Source of the DNA: Plasmodiophora brassicae
Taxonomy: Eukaryota
Reading direction: 5' to 3'
NCBI GenBank assembly: GCA_036867785.1
Contig: CP145412.1
Span: 310,001 to 374,000, forward strand
DNA: 64,000 bases
The notes beneath the pieces are model-generated. The model did not search any database. It saw nothing but the letters and a program-made list of their open reading frames with translations, and was not told the origin of the DNA. Positions within the stretch are counted from its first letter, which is position 1. Every line of letters starts with the position of its first letter. A program made the translations under genes and the position numbers. Below are positions 12,272 to 23,504 of this stretch, piece by piece.

Positions 12272-12444
12272 GAGCACGAACGGTCGTTAACGTTGCCTGG
12301 GTCTTCTGATGTCAGCCGTGCGTCTACGTGTTAATGCCGACGGTCGGATTGGTTCTGGCGCAGAGCTGCGGCGTGCGCCCCGGCACATTGCCCGCACTGC
12401 GCGGACTTGCGCCGTGCCACTGGGCACTCCGCGCAGTGAGCTCC

Positions 12445-12510
12445 CAGTGGCGCTTGACTCTCGGACAGTGGCTCTTGACTGTCGGACAATGGCTCTTGAC
12501 TCTCGGACAG
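12445..12510. repeat. 21-bp tandem repeat x3 (CAGTGGCTCTTGACTCTCGGA)
   Basis: Direct inspection; lies upstream of the ankyrin gene. Confidence 0.85.
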
Positions 12511-12684
12511 CCTCGGATTTTCCCCCCTTTTTTGCACATACCGAGACCATTTGGTCGAAAGATTAATCTGAGCCGAGCCAGCAGGTAGGTAGGGCAGCCA
12601 CAGGAGTGTAGTCACACTTAGCTGACGATGGCAATTAAACATCTAGCCACCTTCCTACACATGCAAGGTCGGCCAGTTCCGGCA

Positions 12685-13186
12685 ATGTAGACATTCTCCA
12701 TTTCATTGCTCTCTTTACAGTCGCGTGGCACAACGTAGCACGATTGCGTTCAGTTAAGCGCGATCCGCAGATGCTTCCACTTATCGGTGAATCGCTTCGA
12801 CGCGCCTGGACAATGCCTTTTCCGCCGTCCTTTCAGCCGTGCCGCAACTTCCATTTGGCCAGCCCCATTGGCCATTGGCGCTGTCCAATGCCGTCTGATT
12901 TCCGTAGTCTTTGCACTGACGTTGATCTCCCCGACGTTGAACAGTGACTCCTCGACGTCTACCGTGAGATAACGGTAGCCGCACATCATGGGGAGCCTGT
13001 CGAGGCAGGTGCGCTGCTCTAAACCGACGTCTGCGCTTAACCTCAGGGCGACGGTGTTCCCGGCAACAAACAGCGGTCTTGGTATTCGCCAGGATGGGGG
13101 ATGTGAATGCGTTGGGCAGGGGGTGCTGGCGGCATCGCGGTTCCTCGACATGCGCTCGTTCCTGGTCGCTGGTCGCGTCTCTCGAC
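12685..13186 (-). pseudogene. Degenerate ankyrin-effector fragments
   Basis: 12685-12960 resembles the 3' end and 3' flank of the 10997 gene (CPGASKRFTDKWKHL vs CPGAVKRFTGTFKHL); ~13110-13186 is an opposite-strand piece of the second subfamily (FLDMRSFLV). Confidence 0.75.
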
Positions 13187-13216
13187 CGCCCGGGTCCGAG
13201 GCGGAATTGGGCGGTG

Positions 13217-14753
13217 ATGCGCGATGACGGGACCGGCGTGCTGGCGGCGGGTCGTGAGGCGGGCCTGGTGGACGGGCGCCATCTGCAACGCGTTCTGCAG
13301 GGGAGATCGCGGGCGCGCGTGCGGGCGGTGACGGCCGGCGCCGTGTGCCGCATGGCGATCACCGCAATGGACGCGTGCGCAGGTCGCCTGCTGTGTGCCG
13401 CGGGTCGCCGGGCGACCGTTGTCGACGCGGCCGCCGTTGCCGTGCGAGCCGAGTTCGCAGGGCGCCACGTTCTCACAGGTCGCGTGTGGATGTGTGCCGC
13501 GCCCAGCGACGCTGACCTGACGATGCTAGGCGCCGTGTTCTATCCCGTCGACGCCGGCCTGCTGGTCGTGGCCGACCGGTCCGGGCACGTTCGCCTCGTC
13601 GACGGGTCGAGGATGGAAAGCGCCCTCGACCTGCCCGTCAGCAGCGAGATGATCGGGCACCTGGCAATCTCGCCGGCCAACCCGACCGTAGTGGGCCCCC
13701 CTGCGATTCATCACGCGCGATGGGTGCTGATGATGCTGCAGGTCGTGGCGTGCAGCGTGTCGGAGGAGGCGGGCGTGCGCCTCGTGGATCTTCGCTCAGG
13801 CGCGCGTACCCACGTGCTGGCGTACCCGTCCGGCGCCAGGGTCACCGCCCTAGCCTGGTCGCCATGTGACCCGCACGTCTGCGTCGCTGGGTACACCGAC
13901 GAGCACGTCCTTCTGTGGGACATCCGGCGTCCAGGTGTGCCAGATGACGAACGGTACCGGGCGTCGCCCCCCTGTCTGACCTGCGCTGCTGCCTGCCAGA
14001 TCCGCTGCACAACGTCGCCCTGTCGTCGGCGACCGACCATCGGCGTTCGATGATTACGGGCCTGCGGTTCTCTGCGTTCGCCGACACGGTACTTGCATGT
14101 GCTGGTGTCGACGAGGCGCGCATGCCCTGCAGGCTGACACGGGACGCCCACACCAGGTGTTTGCTGCCGCTGCCAATGGCCTCCTGCACGGGGTGGACGT
14201 TCGTACGGGTCGGCGCGGGCTGTCGTTCGTGACGGACGATTATCGGCGATCACCGATTCAGTACGACGACGAGTGGCGCTGGTGCCGGGCGATTGCGCTG
14301 ATCGTTTGCCCATAGGTTCACGGTGATCAACGACTGGAACTGTGTCGCGTACCCCAGTGGGCCTGGAGCCCTGCTGTTCGGCCTCGAATCGGCCCGCCTG
14401 CCGCCGGTGGGCAACGTACAGTCTGGCCTGGCCGACGTCACCGCCCTGGCCTTCGATCGCGACCTCCTTGTATGGCTGTTGTACTGCTCGGGCGTCGTCT
14501 GCACCCGTTCTGATTCGCGCGTCCCATGAAGACCCTGTTCAGCGGAGACAGCGACGGCGTCGTTGTCGTTCACCGCCCCGTCTGGTCGTCGCCTGCTGAG
14601 TCCGACTCTGCCCCTGGCGACCTGTCTGCCGAGTTCAGCGACGTGGAATTCGCACCCTGTACGGGTCAGGGGCGCGTCCCATGCCAGAATGGTGTATTGA
14701 GCGGATGCGTTGGATGCACTAGGACCTACCCGTCAATGCTCGACAGGGGGTGA
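13217..14753 (+). CDS. ERCC8: WD40-repeat DNA excision repair protein ERCC8/CSA-like (multi-exon, 3' end approximate)
   Basis: AGREAGL N-terminus, FYPVDAGLL, VRLVDLRSGARTHVL..ALAWSP..LWDIRR match CSA/Rad28 repeats as recalled. Confidence 0.7.
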
Positions 14754-14847
14754 AGCCCAGGGGACAGCGCGGGAGCAGATGGCGAAATCTCGGGCGACGG
14801 CGCCGATGGCCGGATCCCGGGCGACGGCGCCGACGGGCGAATGTCGT

Positions 14848-15315
14848 TCAGAGCTGGCAGCACGAACCCGTTGCGAATGCCCGCGTGCGACGTCGCCCCC
14901 AGCTCGACGCCGTCGTCGGATTCAATCCGCTTCCAGAGCACCTGGCCAGCACTACTGTGAGATATCGTTGTGCCGCGTCCTGGGCACGCCCGACTACCCG
15001 AACAGGCAGGGCGGCGGCCGCAACCAGCAGGCAGATGCCGATAACAACAACGACGGTTTCGGCGGGTTGGATCGCGTGCGAACCCGGTGGGCCCACGGCC
15101 GGCAGGATGGCGGCCAGGGTGATGACGCCCAGCGTCAGCAGCACGGCCGACCTGATCATGACCTTGCGCCATGTGAACGTCGTCGCCCTGTCGCCGGCGT
15201 CGCCGCTGGACGCGTCCAGGTCGGCGTATTGCATCACGACGACGACGTCGTAGATGGATCGATCTGTACCGTCGGGTTGCCACACAGGCGAGATTCCAGT
15301 GAATCGTGTCTCCAC
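14848..15315 (-). CDS. Small hypothetical membrane protein (2 TM)
   Basis: ORF with two hydrophobic stretches (SAVLLTLGVITLAAIL; VVVVIGICLLVAAAAL). Confidence 0.4.
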   Translation of the reverse strand: METRFTGISPVWQPDGTDRSIYDVVVVMQYADLDASSGDAGDRATTFTWRKVMIRSAVLLTLGVITLAAILPAVGPPGSHAIQPAETVVVVIGICLLVAAAALPVRVVGRAQDAAQRYLTVVLARCSGSGLNPTTASSWGRRRTRAFATGSCCQL

Positions 15316-15458
15316 GCGACGGAAGGCTGGGTACGCGTTCTATCGAGGCACGAGACTAGCACTGCTGCTGGCTGGGGCACCGGGCGTCGTTGCACAATGG
15401 CGCTGGCGTGGGTCTCTATTGCTGGCGCTCGTTCGTTCGTTCGTCGCCCCCGCCGGCT

Positions 15459-18022
15459 CTACAGCTTGAGCCACCTCAGGGTCGCCACTTTGACGAGATC
15501 GTTGACGAGGAACGCGCAGGCGAACGAGTACGCGACGACGACGGCGCTCTTCCACAGCGGGAGGCTGGGGATGATGATGCCCAGCGTGGCGATGATCAGG
15601 ACGAGGGCGGCGACGGTCAGCGACACGCCCAGCAGGACCCAGCCGGGTCGTGTCGCGTTCGGCCCGTACGAGCAGGCCCGGTTGCGGACGCTGAACAGCG
15701 TGAAGAAGCCGAAGAAGTACAGGAGGACGAAGTTGAACGTGTGCAACTGGCCCGTGTCGCCCGCTAGGTCGAGCGGGCCCGCCCCGATGTACAGCAGGCC
15801 GATCGATTCGCCGACGCAGACCATGCCGAGGATCGTGGAGGCCAGCGCCAGGCGCCCGACGTCGAACGTGGTCGGCCGGGGCGACCCGGTCACCCGGTCC
15901 GTCGAGATCGCGATCGTGACAAAGTCGACGAGGAACAGCAGGACGACGATGTCGACGGCGTCGATGACGACGTAGTGCTCGGGCGTGACCAGGTACGCCA
16001 GGACGACGTAGACGACCTGCTGGCACGTCTTGATGATCTTGTTCAGCATCCAGGTCACGATGCGCTGGTGCGTCTCGCGGCCGACCTCGACGAGGGCCAG
16101 CGCGCCGGCCAGGCCCTCGTGCGTCAGGACGGCCGAGGCGGCGCCCTTGGCGATGTCGGTCGCGTTCGACATGGCGATGCCGACCTCGGCGAGCTTCAGC
16201 GCCGGCGCGTCGTTGACGCCGTCGCCCGTCATGCCGACGACGTGGCCCGCCTGTTGCAGGGCGCGGATCACGCCGTGCTTGTCCTCCGGGTACACGTCGC
16301 CGAACCCGTCGACGGACGACCAGTCGACGCCGACGATCTCCAGGTCGCCGCCGCCGCCGCCGCCGCCCTTCCTACGCCGGTACGCGTCCAGGCTGATGAC
16401 GCGGTCGCCGATCGAGACGGCCGCCGCCGTCTGCCGCCCGATCCGGGTCGCGTCCCCCGTCAGCATCTTGACGGTGACGCCCAGCGCCCGCAGGCGCTCG
16501 ACGACGTCCTTCGAGTCGGCGCGCGGCGGGTCGTAGACGGCGACCAGGCCGACGAAGCGCAGCGCCGGCCCGGTGGCAGTGGACCGGGCGACGGCCAGCG
16601 CCCGGTACCCGCTGCCGGCCCAGCGGTCGACGACGGCGCTGATGCTGGCGGCGACGGCGTCGGCGTCCTGGCAGAGCGGGACGACGGAGGCGACGGCGCC
16701 CTTAACGGCGCTGAACGCGGCGCCGGTGTCGGCGTCGACGACGTGGCCCTCGGTGCGGCGTGTGCTCGGGTCGAACGGCGTGAAATCCGTCTGCCTGTAC
16801 CGGGCCAACGCCCGCTGCACGAGACCGCGCCGCTCGGCCTGGTCGCAGAACGCGCTGTCGATCGGGTCGTGGTTCGCCGCGCTCGACGCCAGGTACCCGG
16901 TCGTGAGGACGGCGTCGTCGTCGCCGTCGGGCGCGTGCACGTCGACGATGGTGAGGCGGTTCTCCGTGATGGTCCCCGTCTTGTCGGAGCAGAGCACCGT
17001 CATCGAGGCGGCGTCCTCGGTGGCGTTCAGACGCGTGACCAGGACGCCGCGCCGGGCGAGCTCGACGGACCCGAGCGCCATCGTCACCGTGAACATGGCG
17101 GGCAGCGCGATCGGGATGCCGCTCGTCAGCAGCAGCAGCATGAGCGGGATGACGGCGACGGTGTCGTCGCCGCGGGCCGCCGTGACGACGAAGGCGACGG
17201 CGACGCAGACGACGACCATGGCGAGCAGGGCGCGCGTCACCAGGCCGATCACGTGGTCAGTGTGCGTCTTGGGCGCCGACGTCTGCACCAGCGACACGGT
17301 GCGCCCGAACACGGTGCCGGCGCCGACGCGCACGACCTGGCAGGTCGCCTCGCCGCGCACGACCGTGCTCCCGGACAGGACCTCGTCGTTCGCCGCCTTG
17401 GCCATCGGCTGCGACTCGCCGGTCAGCGCCGACTGGTCCGCCGACACTGTGTGTGCGATCGTTTCGTTCATGGGTGGGCGAGACGCGCGCGACAACGACA
17501 GCACGTACGTTGGCCCTGGACGATGACGAGGTCGGCGGGGACGACGTCGCCGAGGCGGACACGGACAACGTCGCCGCGGACGAGGTCCCTGGAGGGGGCG
17601 TCGGCCCAGGCGCCGTCGCGTAGGACGCGGGCGCGCACCTCGAGGCGGGCGCGCAGGCGGCGCACGGCGGCGCGGGCGCGCACCTCCTGGACGAACCCGA
17701 GGACGGCGTTGGTGACCAGCAGGACGCCGATGATGTAGGCGACCGTGTACTTGCGGACCCAGGGCAGGCAGGCGACGACGATGGTCACCTCGAGCATGTA
17801 GGCGGTCAGGCCCGTGAACTTCCTCAGGAACAGGCCGACCGGGTTCGCCTCCGCCTGCACCGTCTCGTTGTACCCGTCGGCGGCGCGCTGCGCGTCGACC
17901 TGCGCGCCCGACAACCCGCGCGACACGTCCGCTGCCGGCAGCGGCCGCTCGTTGTCGTCCGCCGCCGCCGCCACCGCCGCTATCGGGACGACGGCGACCG
18001 CCTCACGACCGCCCGGGTCCAT
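15459..18022 (-). CDS. P-type (P3A) plasma-membrane H+-ATPase
   Basis: DQSALTGES, GIPIALP, CSDKTGT, DPPR, MLTGD, MTGDGVNDAPALK motifs; one intron near 17447-17515. Confidence 0.93.
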
Positions 18023-18909
18023 TGCCGGTTAATAACGTGCGGGATCGGTCCTGTGTCGCGATGGCCGCGCGCGCGCCCCCCGCCTATGGGTCGTTCCCGC
18101 CGCCCTTAAGCGATCGCGACGACGAGACTTGGGCGTGTAACCTGGACGGGCGAGCGGGCGACGCCGCAGGGGACCCACCGGTTGCGCCCGGACCGCCGAT
18201 GACGTCGAATACTATTGTGACGGGACGAGCGCGCGCGGTCGATCCTGTGGTAGTACGTAAAGGGTGGCGGGTCCACGCTCGTGGTACGGGTCGCATCGGA
18301 TCGGATCGATGACGCGCATCGTGGACGGCGCGTCGTTCCTCGTATATGATCCAGGGCAGCAGCTGGACGGTTGACGATGTGCGCCACAGGGAGCGTCTCG
18401 CTTCTACAGTCAGGCCGGTTCAACCTGGATCCGTACGTGGAGCGACGTTGTTGTATACGCGACGGTCAATGCCGCATCTGCTTCCCGCGTCCCTATGTTC
18501 CCCGTACTATGCAATTCGTCTGGCACCATCAGAACTATGGAACATCGCAGCATAGGCGTCGATTGTAGATCGTGAAGTCGGCGCTCCGGCACGGCCGCGG
18601 TCCCGACCGGTTTACAGAGCACCGCGCCGTCGCGTTGATACGTACAGCAGAAAGGGCTCTGGTCGGCGCCCACTATTCCGTACGTGCTGATACGTCAAGG
18701 TCGACCTCTCGTATACCGGCGGCCGTGTTTCTTGTCTTGGCACATGCAATACACAGTCTCCATTAATGCTCGCCAGCCCAACCGCTGCGTCTAGCGGCTC
18801 GCTGGAGCCTGCCTGGCGCCGCCGGCCGCGCGCATCGCCAGGTGTAAGGCGTCTTCGTCGCGGGGCGACGAGGACGAAAGCGTTATTCGACGTTTACCTG
18901 GTGACCTTC

Positions 18910-19450
18910 ATCGATGCCTCTCGCTGGTTCCGGCGTTGTAGAACCAGGCAAGATCGGCTGCTGTCTGCTGGTCCCCGTCTCGTAACGCCGAGCAGCCGTT
19001 GAACGGTACGACGGGGCGCCAACCATACCACGATACGCGTCCCGGGCAGCCAGGTGCGGCGGTGACGTCCTATCCGTCGGAATCGCGTCGATATCAAATT
19101 CCAGGAGCACGTTGAGCAGCAAGTCCACGATGTCGTGGTAGGGAGCAGGGACGGCTGTGCAATGGGGCCGCCGCTGGGTACGTTGACCTGGCATTAACGT
19201 GATCCCGCGGGCACTCAGCAGCAGATCAGAGACGATGTCCTGGCGATCAGCTCTGACTGCCCAGTGCAGGGGGGGAGGGGGGCGTCTGCCTGCGCCTGTC
19301 CAGCACACTGCCGTCGACCCTGGGAAGGCGCAGCAGGAACGCCATATCAACTCCGGTTCGCCATGGGCGTATGCGATCCAGTGCAGCAACTTCAATCCGT
19401 CGGCCCACATCGCGGTACGGATCACCGATCCTGCATCCCCCTCTGCAGCG
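18910..19450 (-). pseudogene. Frameshifted internal fragment of an ankyrin-effector gene
   Basis: MWADGLKLLHWIAYAHGEPEL, PLHWAVRADRQD, PHLAARDA match the 23784-25226 gene; frameshifts and deletions. Confidence 0.85.
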
Positions 19451-19582
19451 CGAGACGACCGCGGACCGACAGCAGACGGTCAACGCGTGAGACAGTTGAA
19501 CCCTGACAGTTTGACCGACTACCATGCCGAAGAAGCGACACGACGAGCCCGCGGCCATGATTAATGTTGTTCCGCGCGTTGT

Positions 19583-20119
19583 GTCGATGTGGAACCACTG
19601 CAAAGGCGGTCAGGATGTCGTTTCCCGGCAGCCCAAGAACGTTAAGGTGGACTCCCGGTCCCTGACGTCGAGAGGTTTCATCTATGTCCGGTTTGTGATG
19701 TCGTCGTTGCTGAACGCGCACATGCTGCATTGCCTGCTGTGTCGAATTCGGAAATGATCTCCGATTTTAACAGCTAGGCATATCTCAACCACCAAAAGTC
19801 CTTCAGCGACTTTCTCTGCAAGTTCTCCTGACGTCATTCCATGCGAGGGCACCCAGTGTGCGACAACGTCGCAGAGAATGTCGCTGAAGGACTTTTGGTG
19901 GTTGAGATATGCCTTCCACTTGTGATAGCTGTTAAAATCGGAGATCATTTCCGAATTCGACACAGCAGGCAATGCAGCATGTGCGCGTTCAGCAACGACG
20001 ACATCACAAACCGGACATAGATGAAACCTCTCGACGTCAGGGACCGGGAGTCCACCTTAACGTTCTTGGGCTGCCGGGAAACGACGTCCTGACCGTCTTT
20101 GCAGTGGTTCCACATCGAC
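19583..20119. repeat. Long inverted repeat (arms 19583-19819 and 19871-20119, ~51-nt loop)
   Basis: Near-perfect reverse complement over ~240 bp, one 12-nt indel and a few substitutions. Confidence 0.95.
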
Positions 20120-20721
20120 CCAGTGCGGAAGAACATCGTGGTGAGGAGGAAGCGCTCCAAACATGCACGGTCAACCTGTGCTCGACCAAGCACAGTCGGA
20201 ATCACAAGAGTTGCTACGAGCTCATTCATTCCTCCAGGACGATCCGCAGGCGCGAAGAGCCAGAGCAGCCAAGCCGCCGGGGTCAATGGCTACAATAAAC
20301 ATGCCTCACTCCGATTAACCTGACTTGGGCAATTTTCGACGTCGAGTTTCTTCAATACCAGCGCTCGTTTGTCCAAAGACGCATCCTGTGGAGGGAACAA
20401 GTGGAATGAACTTTTCCAATCTCCATGACGCTGGACTCGCTAGATGACATATAGGTGATGTCGACATTTACCTAACAGCATCGTTAGCTAAAACACAGGA
20501 TCCCAACCGGTGGGCAACCGTACGGTCAGATGCAGCGCTACAGTGCAATCCGAACCTCGTTTGCAACAACACAATGGTCTGCGGACGCCGGACTCCGGAG
20601 TTCAGTCTGCGGGCGGCGGCCGAGAGTCGAGAGTCGAGACTCGAGACCGCCAGTGTCCGCTCCCGCCACCCGCAAGTCCGATCGTCGATCGACCATCTGC
20701 AAGTCCGCGACCCGGGTCCAC

Positions 20722-21186
20722 ACAAGCCGTTCGAAGACTACATGCGCCATCGGCATGTAGACTTCATGACCAGTCGGCAGGACATCCGACAGAAGCCCAC
20801 GCGTCAGCCTGGGTGTACGAGAGCTAGGAGCAGATCAACCCGGGTCATGGGCGGGCGCGGCGGGTCTGACCCGGGTCGACCCGGAACACCCACGGGTCGG
20901 GTCAGGTCGACTGGGAACACCCACGGGTCGAGTCGGGTCGACCCGCTGCCATCTCTAGGCCCACGTGTTGAGTAGTACTGTGTCCTTGCTGATCTGCTCC
21001 CAGCTCTCGTACACCCAGGTTGCTGCGTCCTGACGCGTGGGCTTCTGTGTCCTTGCTGATCTGCTCCCAGCTCTCGTACACCCAGGTTGCTGCGTCCTGA
21101 CGCGTGGGCTTCTGTCCGATGTCCTGCCGACTGGCCATGAAGTCTACAATCATGCCGATGGCGCATGTAGTCTTTGAACGGCTTGT
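20722..21186. repeat. Inverted repeat (20722-20837 vs 21057-21186) with an internal 67-bp tandem duplication (~20978-21115)
   Basis: ACAAGCCGTTCGAAGACTACATGCGCCATCGGCATG.. pairs with ..CATGCCGATGGCGCATGTAGTCTTTGAACGGCTTGT. Confidence 0.88.
20838..20957 (-). mobile_element. Probable solo end of a hAT-like DNA transposon
   Basis: TAGAGATGGCA terminus (minus strand, 20947-20957) followed by clustered ACCCG/CGGGT subterminal motifs; no partner end seen. Confidence 0.45.
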
Positions 21187-21365
21187 TAATGCCGTGTAGC
21201 TTCGAGGTGAAACCTGCCACCACGACGTCGACCTGGGCAAAGAAAATCAGGCGCCTTCATAGACGTGCACATCTTCCTCCGCCTCGCTGAGGTATCGAGA
21301 TCGGCGAACTTGTCGACGGCACTCGCCTCGAGGTGCGCTGAAAAGCTGTCGAACATGAGGTCCCT
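21120..21365 (-). mobile_element. Degenerate pogo/Tigger-type DDE_1 transposase fragment
   Basis: LMFDSFSAHL and GFTSKL..GINKPFKDYMR motifs, internally deleted. Confidence 0.65.
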
Positions 21366-22149
21366 GCCTACCTATATGTAGGTAGACGGCTCACGGCAGT
21401 ATTTCGTACGCGCTGATACGTCAAGGTCGACCTCGTACTGTCTGCTGTTCTTCTTTTATTCGCACCTGCAAACAGTGTCCAGTGCTCTCCAGCACAACCG
21501 CTGCGACCAATGGGTCGCAGGAGCCCACCGGTACCCGGTGCCGGCGCCGGGCCGCATCGCCAGGTAATTTGTCGTCTTCGCCGCAGAGCGAAGCGTTCGA
21601 AAGCATAACTTTACATACCTGGTGAACTTCATCGATGCCGCTCATTGCTACGACGTCGAGGATTTGTCGATCAGTACACATGGGGGAAGAGCCGCAGAGG
21701 GACCAGAAATTAAAATCAAAGCTCTTTACGAGACGTGTTCTGGCTGTCGATGCGCATATCAATGGCGAGCCCAGCACAGGCGCCTCATCAGAAGGCAGCT
21801 GGGTCATGCCCATGCACGGGGTCGATGGCTATATAATAAATATGCCACACTCGGATTGACCTGACTTGGGCAATTTCGACGTCGAGTTCCTTCAATACCA
21901 GTGGTGTTATTTGCTCGATCGTGTTTTCAAAGACGCATCCTGTGGGCTATTGTTTAGCTCGGGGAGAAACAGGCTCGCGGGGTCCGATCAGGTCTACGCG
22001 AAGCCCTCTCCGCGCCCAGTCGGGAAACGGGGAGGGGTGCTTAATCCTTACGTCGCTCCATCTCGCCCAACGCCCGTTCGTTCAATCGCCTATCGTGGAC
22101 ATCTCCATCATGACATTGGACATTGAGGAGATATAGGCCCGCCCTCCAT

Positions 22150-22650
22150 GACCTGTGCTCGCGCAAGGCTGTATCGTCCAACTCCATCGCCGACGACCGC
22201 GCTGACTTCCACCACAAACTCCACGCGGCCCTGCGACGGAACCTAGAACAAGCGGTGTAATCGGTGAAGCGCTTCGCAGACCGGAGCATGATACCGTGCC
22301 CGACGTACAATAGGAAGGTGATCTCGTTATGCTCCGGAAAGGCGCACTCCAAACAGGCAGGCCCTCATGCGACAAGCTCGAAGTCACCATGTTAGGGCCC
22401 TACCAGATAACAAAGGCCGTCAACCATGTCGCGTTCGAACTCGCGCTGCCCGCCACGTGCCGTATCCACAACGTGTTTCATTCGTCGTTGCTGCAGGAGC
22501 CATACGTCCCAAGCGTTATTAATTCCTGGGCGCCAGCGGGCGCCCCCGGATCCGATCATCATCGAGGACGAAGACGCGCCGCTGTACGTGGTCAAGGACA
22601 TCCTCGATTCGCGGTTCCGGAACGAGCGCCTCATGTAGGTACTCACCTCC
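22150..22650 (+). mobile_element. Degenerate Ty3/Gypsy integrase C-terminus/chromodomain remnant
   Basis: GDLVML..DKL..LGPYQI..FELALP..IHNVFHSSLL (GPY/F motif), PPDPIII..YVVKDILDSR; frameshift and stops. Confidence 0.8.
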
Positions 22651-22871
22651 CTACGTACGGGGCACCGGTGGACTTGACGTTACCCACACAAGCCACCGGT
22701 GCGCCAGGAATAGACCGCCCCGACGGGCGCGCTGGAAAACGGCGCCTCAAAGACCGACGGCAGGCGGTCAACGCGTGAGTCAGTTGAACCCTGACAAGGT
22801 CCGCGAGCGGCGCGCGAGTCCCGCCTGGCGCAGGCCTGCAGTACTCAGATCCGTTGTTGCCGAGTGGAACC

Positions 22872-23504
22872 ATGCAGGTGCTCCTGGGTATTTCGCTGTG
22901 TGTGCTTCTGTTGACGTTTCGGACGGGCGGCGTCCTTGTTGCCGGTGTCGATTTCGAGGACGACTGCTGGGCCGACGTCAGTACCTTCTTCGACTTCGAC
23001 GCCTTCGACACCCATCAACTTGTTGGTGCGGGTATAGGTGGTGCCGCCACAGACCAACTGGGGGCAGCCGTTTCCCGCATGGGCACCGAGACCTGTCCAG
23101 ACGACGAATACGTTGGCCGGCACGATTCTCTGCATGACAATGTGAATCCCGATTTGGAGATTCCCCCGACGAACCAGCCAGCCTCGATTCAGCACCCAAA
23201 TATGCCCAGTCAAGCAGCATCCTCACGCACGCTTGCAGGAAACGGCAATCCACAGCAATGCCAGTACTGTCAGCAAACGTATGTGAACGTCGCCTCATGC
23301 ATAGAACACGAGAGGGCCTCATGTATAGCGCGAGAACCAATCCCTGGCTCAATATTAACCCCCAGTGAAGAAGGCTACTTCGTCTTACAATGCCGAACTT
23401 GCGAGCAGCAGTGTAAAACCAAAGAAGGATTTCGTCATCATCAGCTCCGGTGTCGGGGGCGTGTTGAACGCCGAACAAATTCAAGAGTACTACGTGCCGT
23501 CTAA
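22872..23504 (+). CDS. Secreted protein with acidic N-terminal segment and two Cys/His zinc-finger-like motifs (210 aa)
   Basis: Signal-like MQVLLGISLCVLLLTF; DFEDDCWADVSTFFDFDAFD; CQYC-x12-HERASC and CRTC-x12-HQLRC; basic tail. Confidence 0.7.
   Translation: MQVLLGISLCVLLLTFRTGGVLVAGVDFEDDCWADVSTFFDFDAFDTHQLVGAGIGGAATDQLGAAVSRMGTETCPDDEYVGRHDSLHDNVNPDLEIPPTNQPASIQHPNMPSQAASSRTLAGNGNPQQCQYCQQTYVNVASCIEHERASCIAREPIPGSILTPSEEGYFVLQCRTCEQQCKTKEGFRHHQLRCRGRVERRTNSRVLRAV

Noticed and set aside
12445-12510. CRISPR-like array (also considered 14778-14840, 20978-21115, 38555-38665)
   Set aside because: Head-to-tail tandem units without unique spacers, no cas genes, eukaryotic context
15975-17738. 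Long plus-strand ORFs (587 aa, 317 aa) and similar antisense ORFs over the HEAT, TTLL and reticulon genes
   Set aside because: Shadow frames of very GC-rich coding sequence on the other strand; no recognisable motifs
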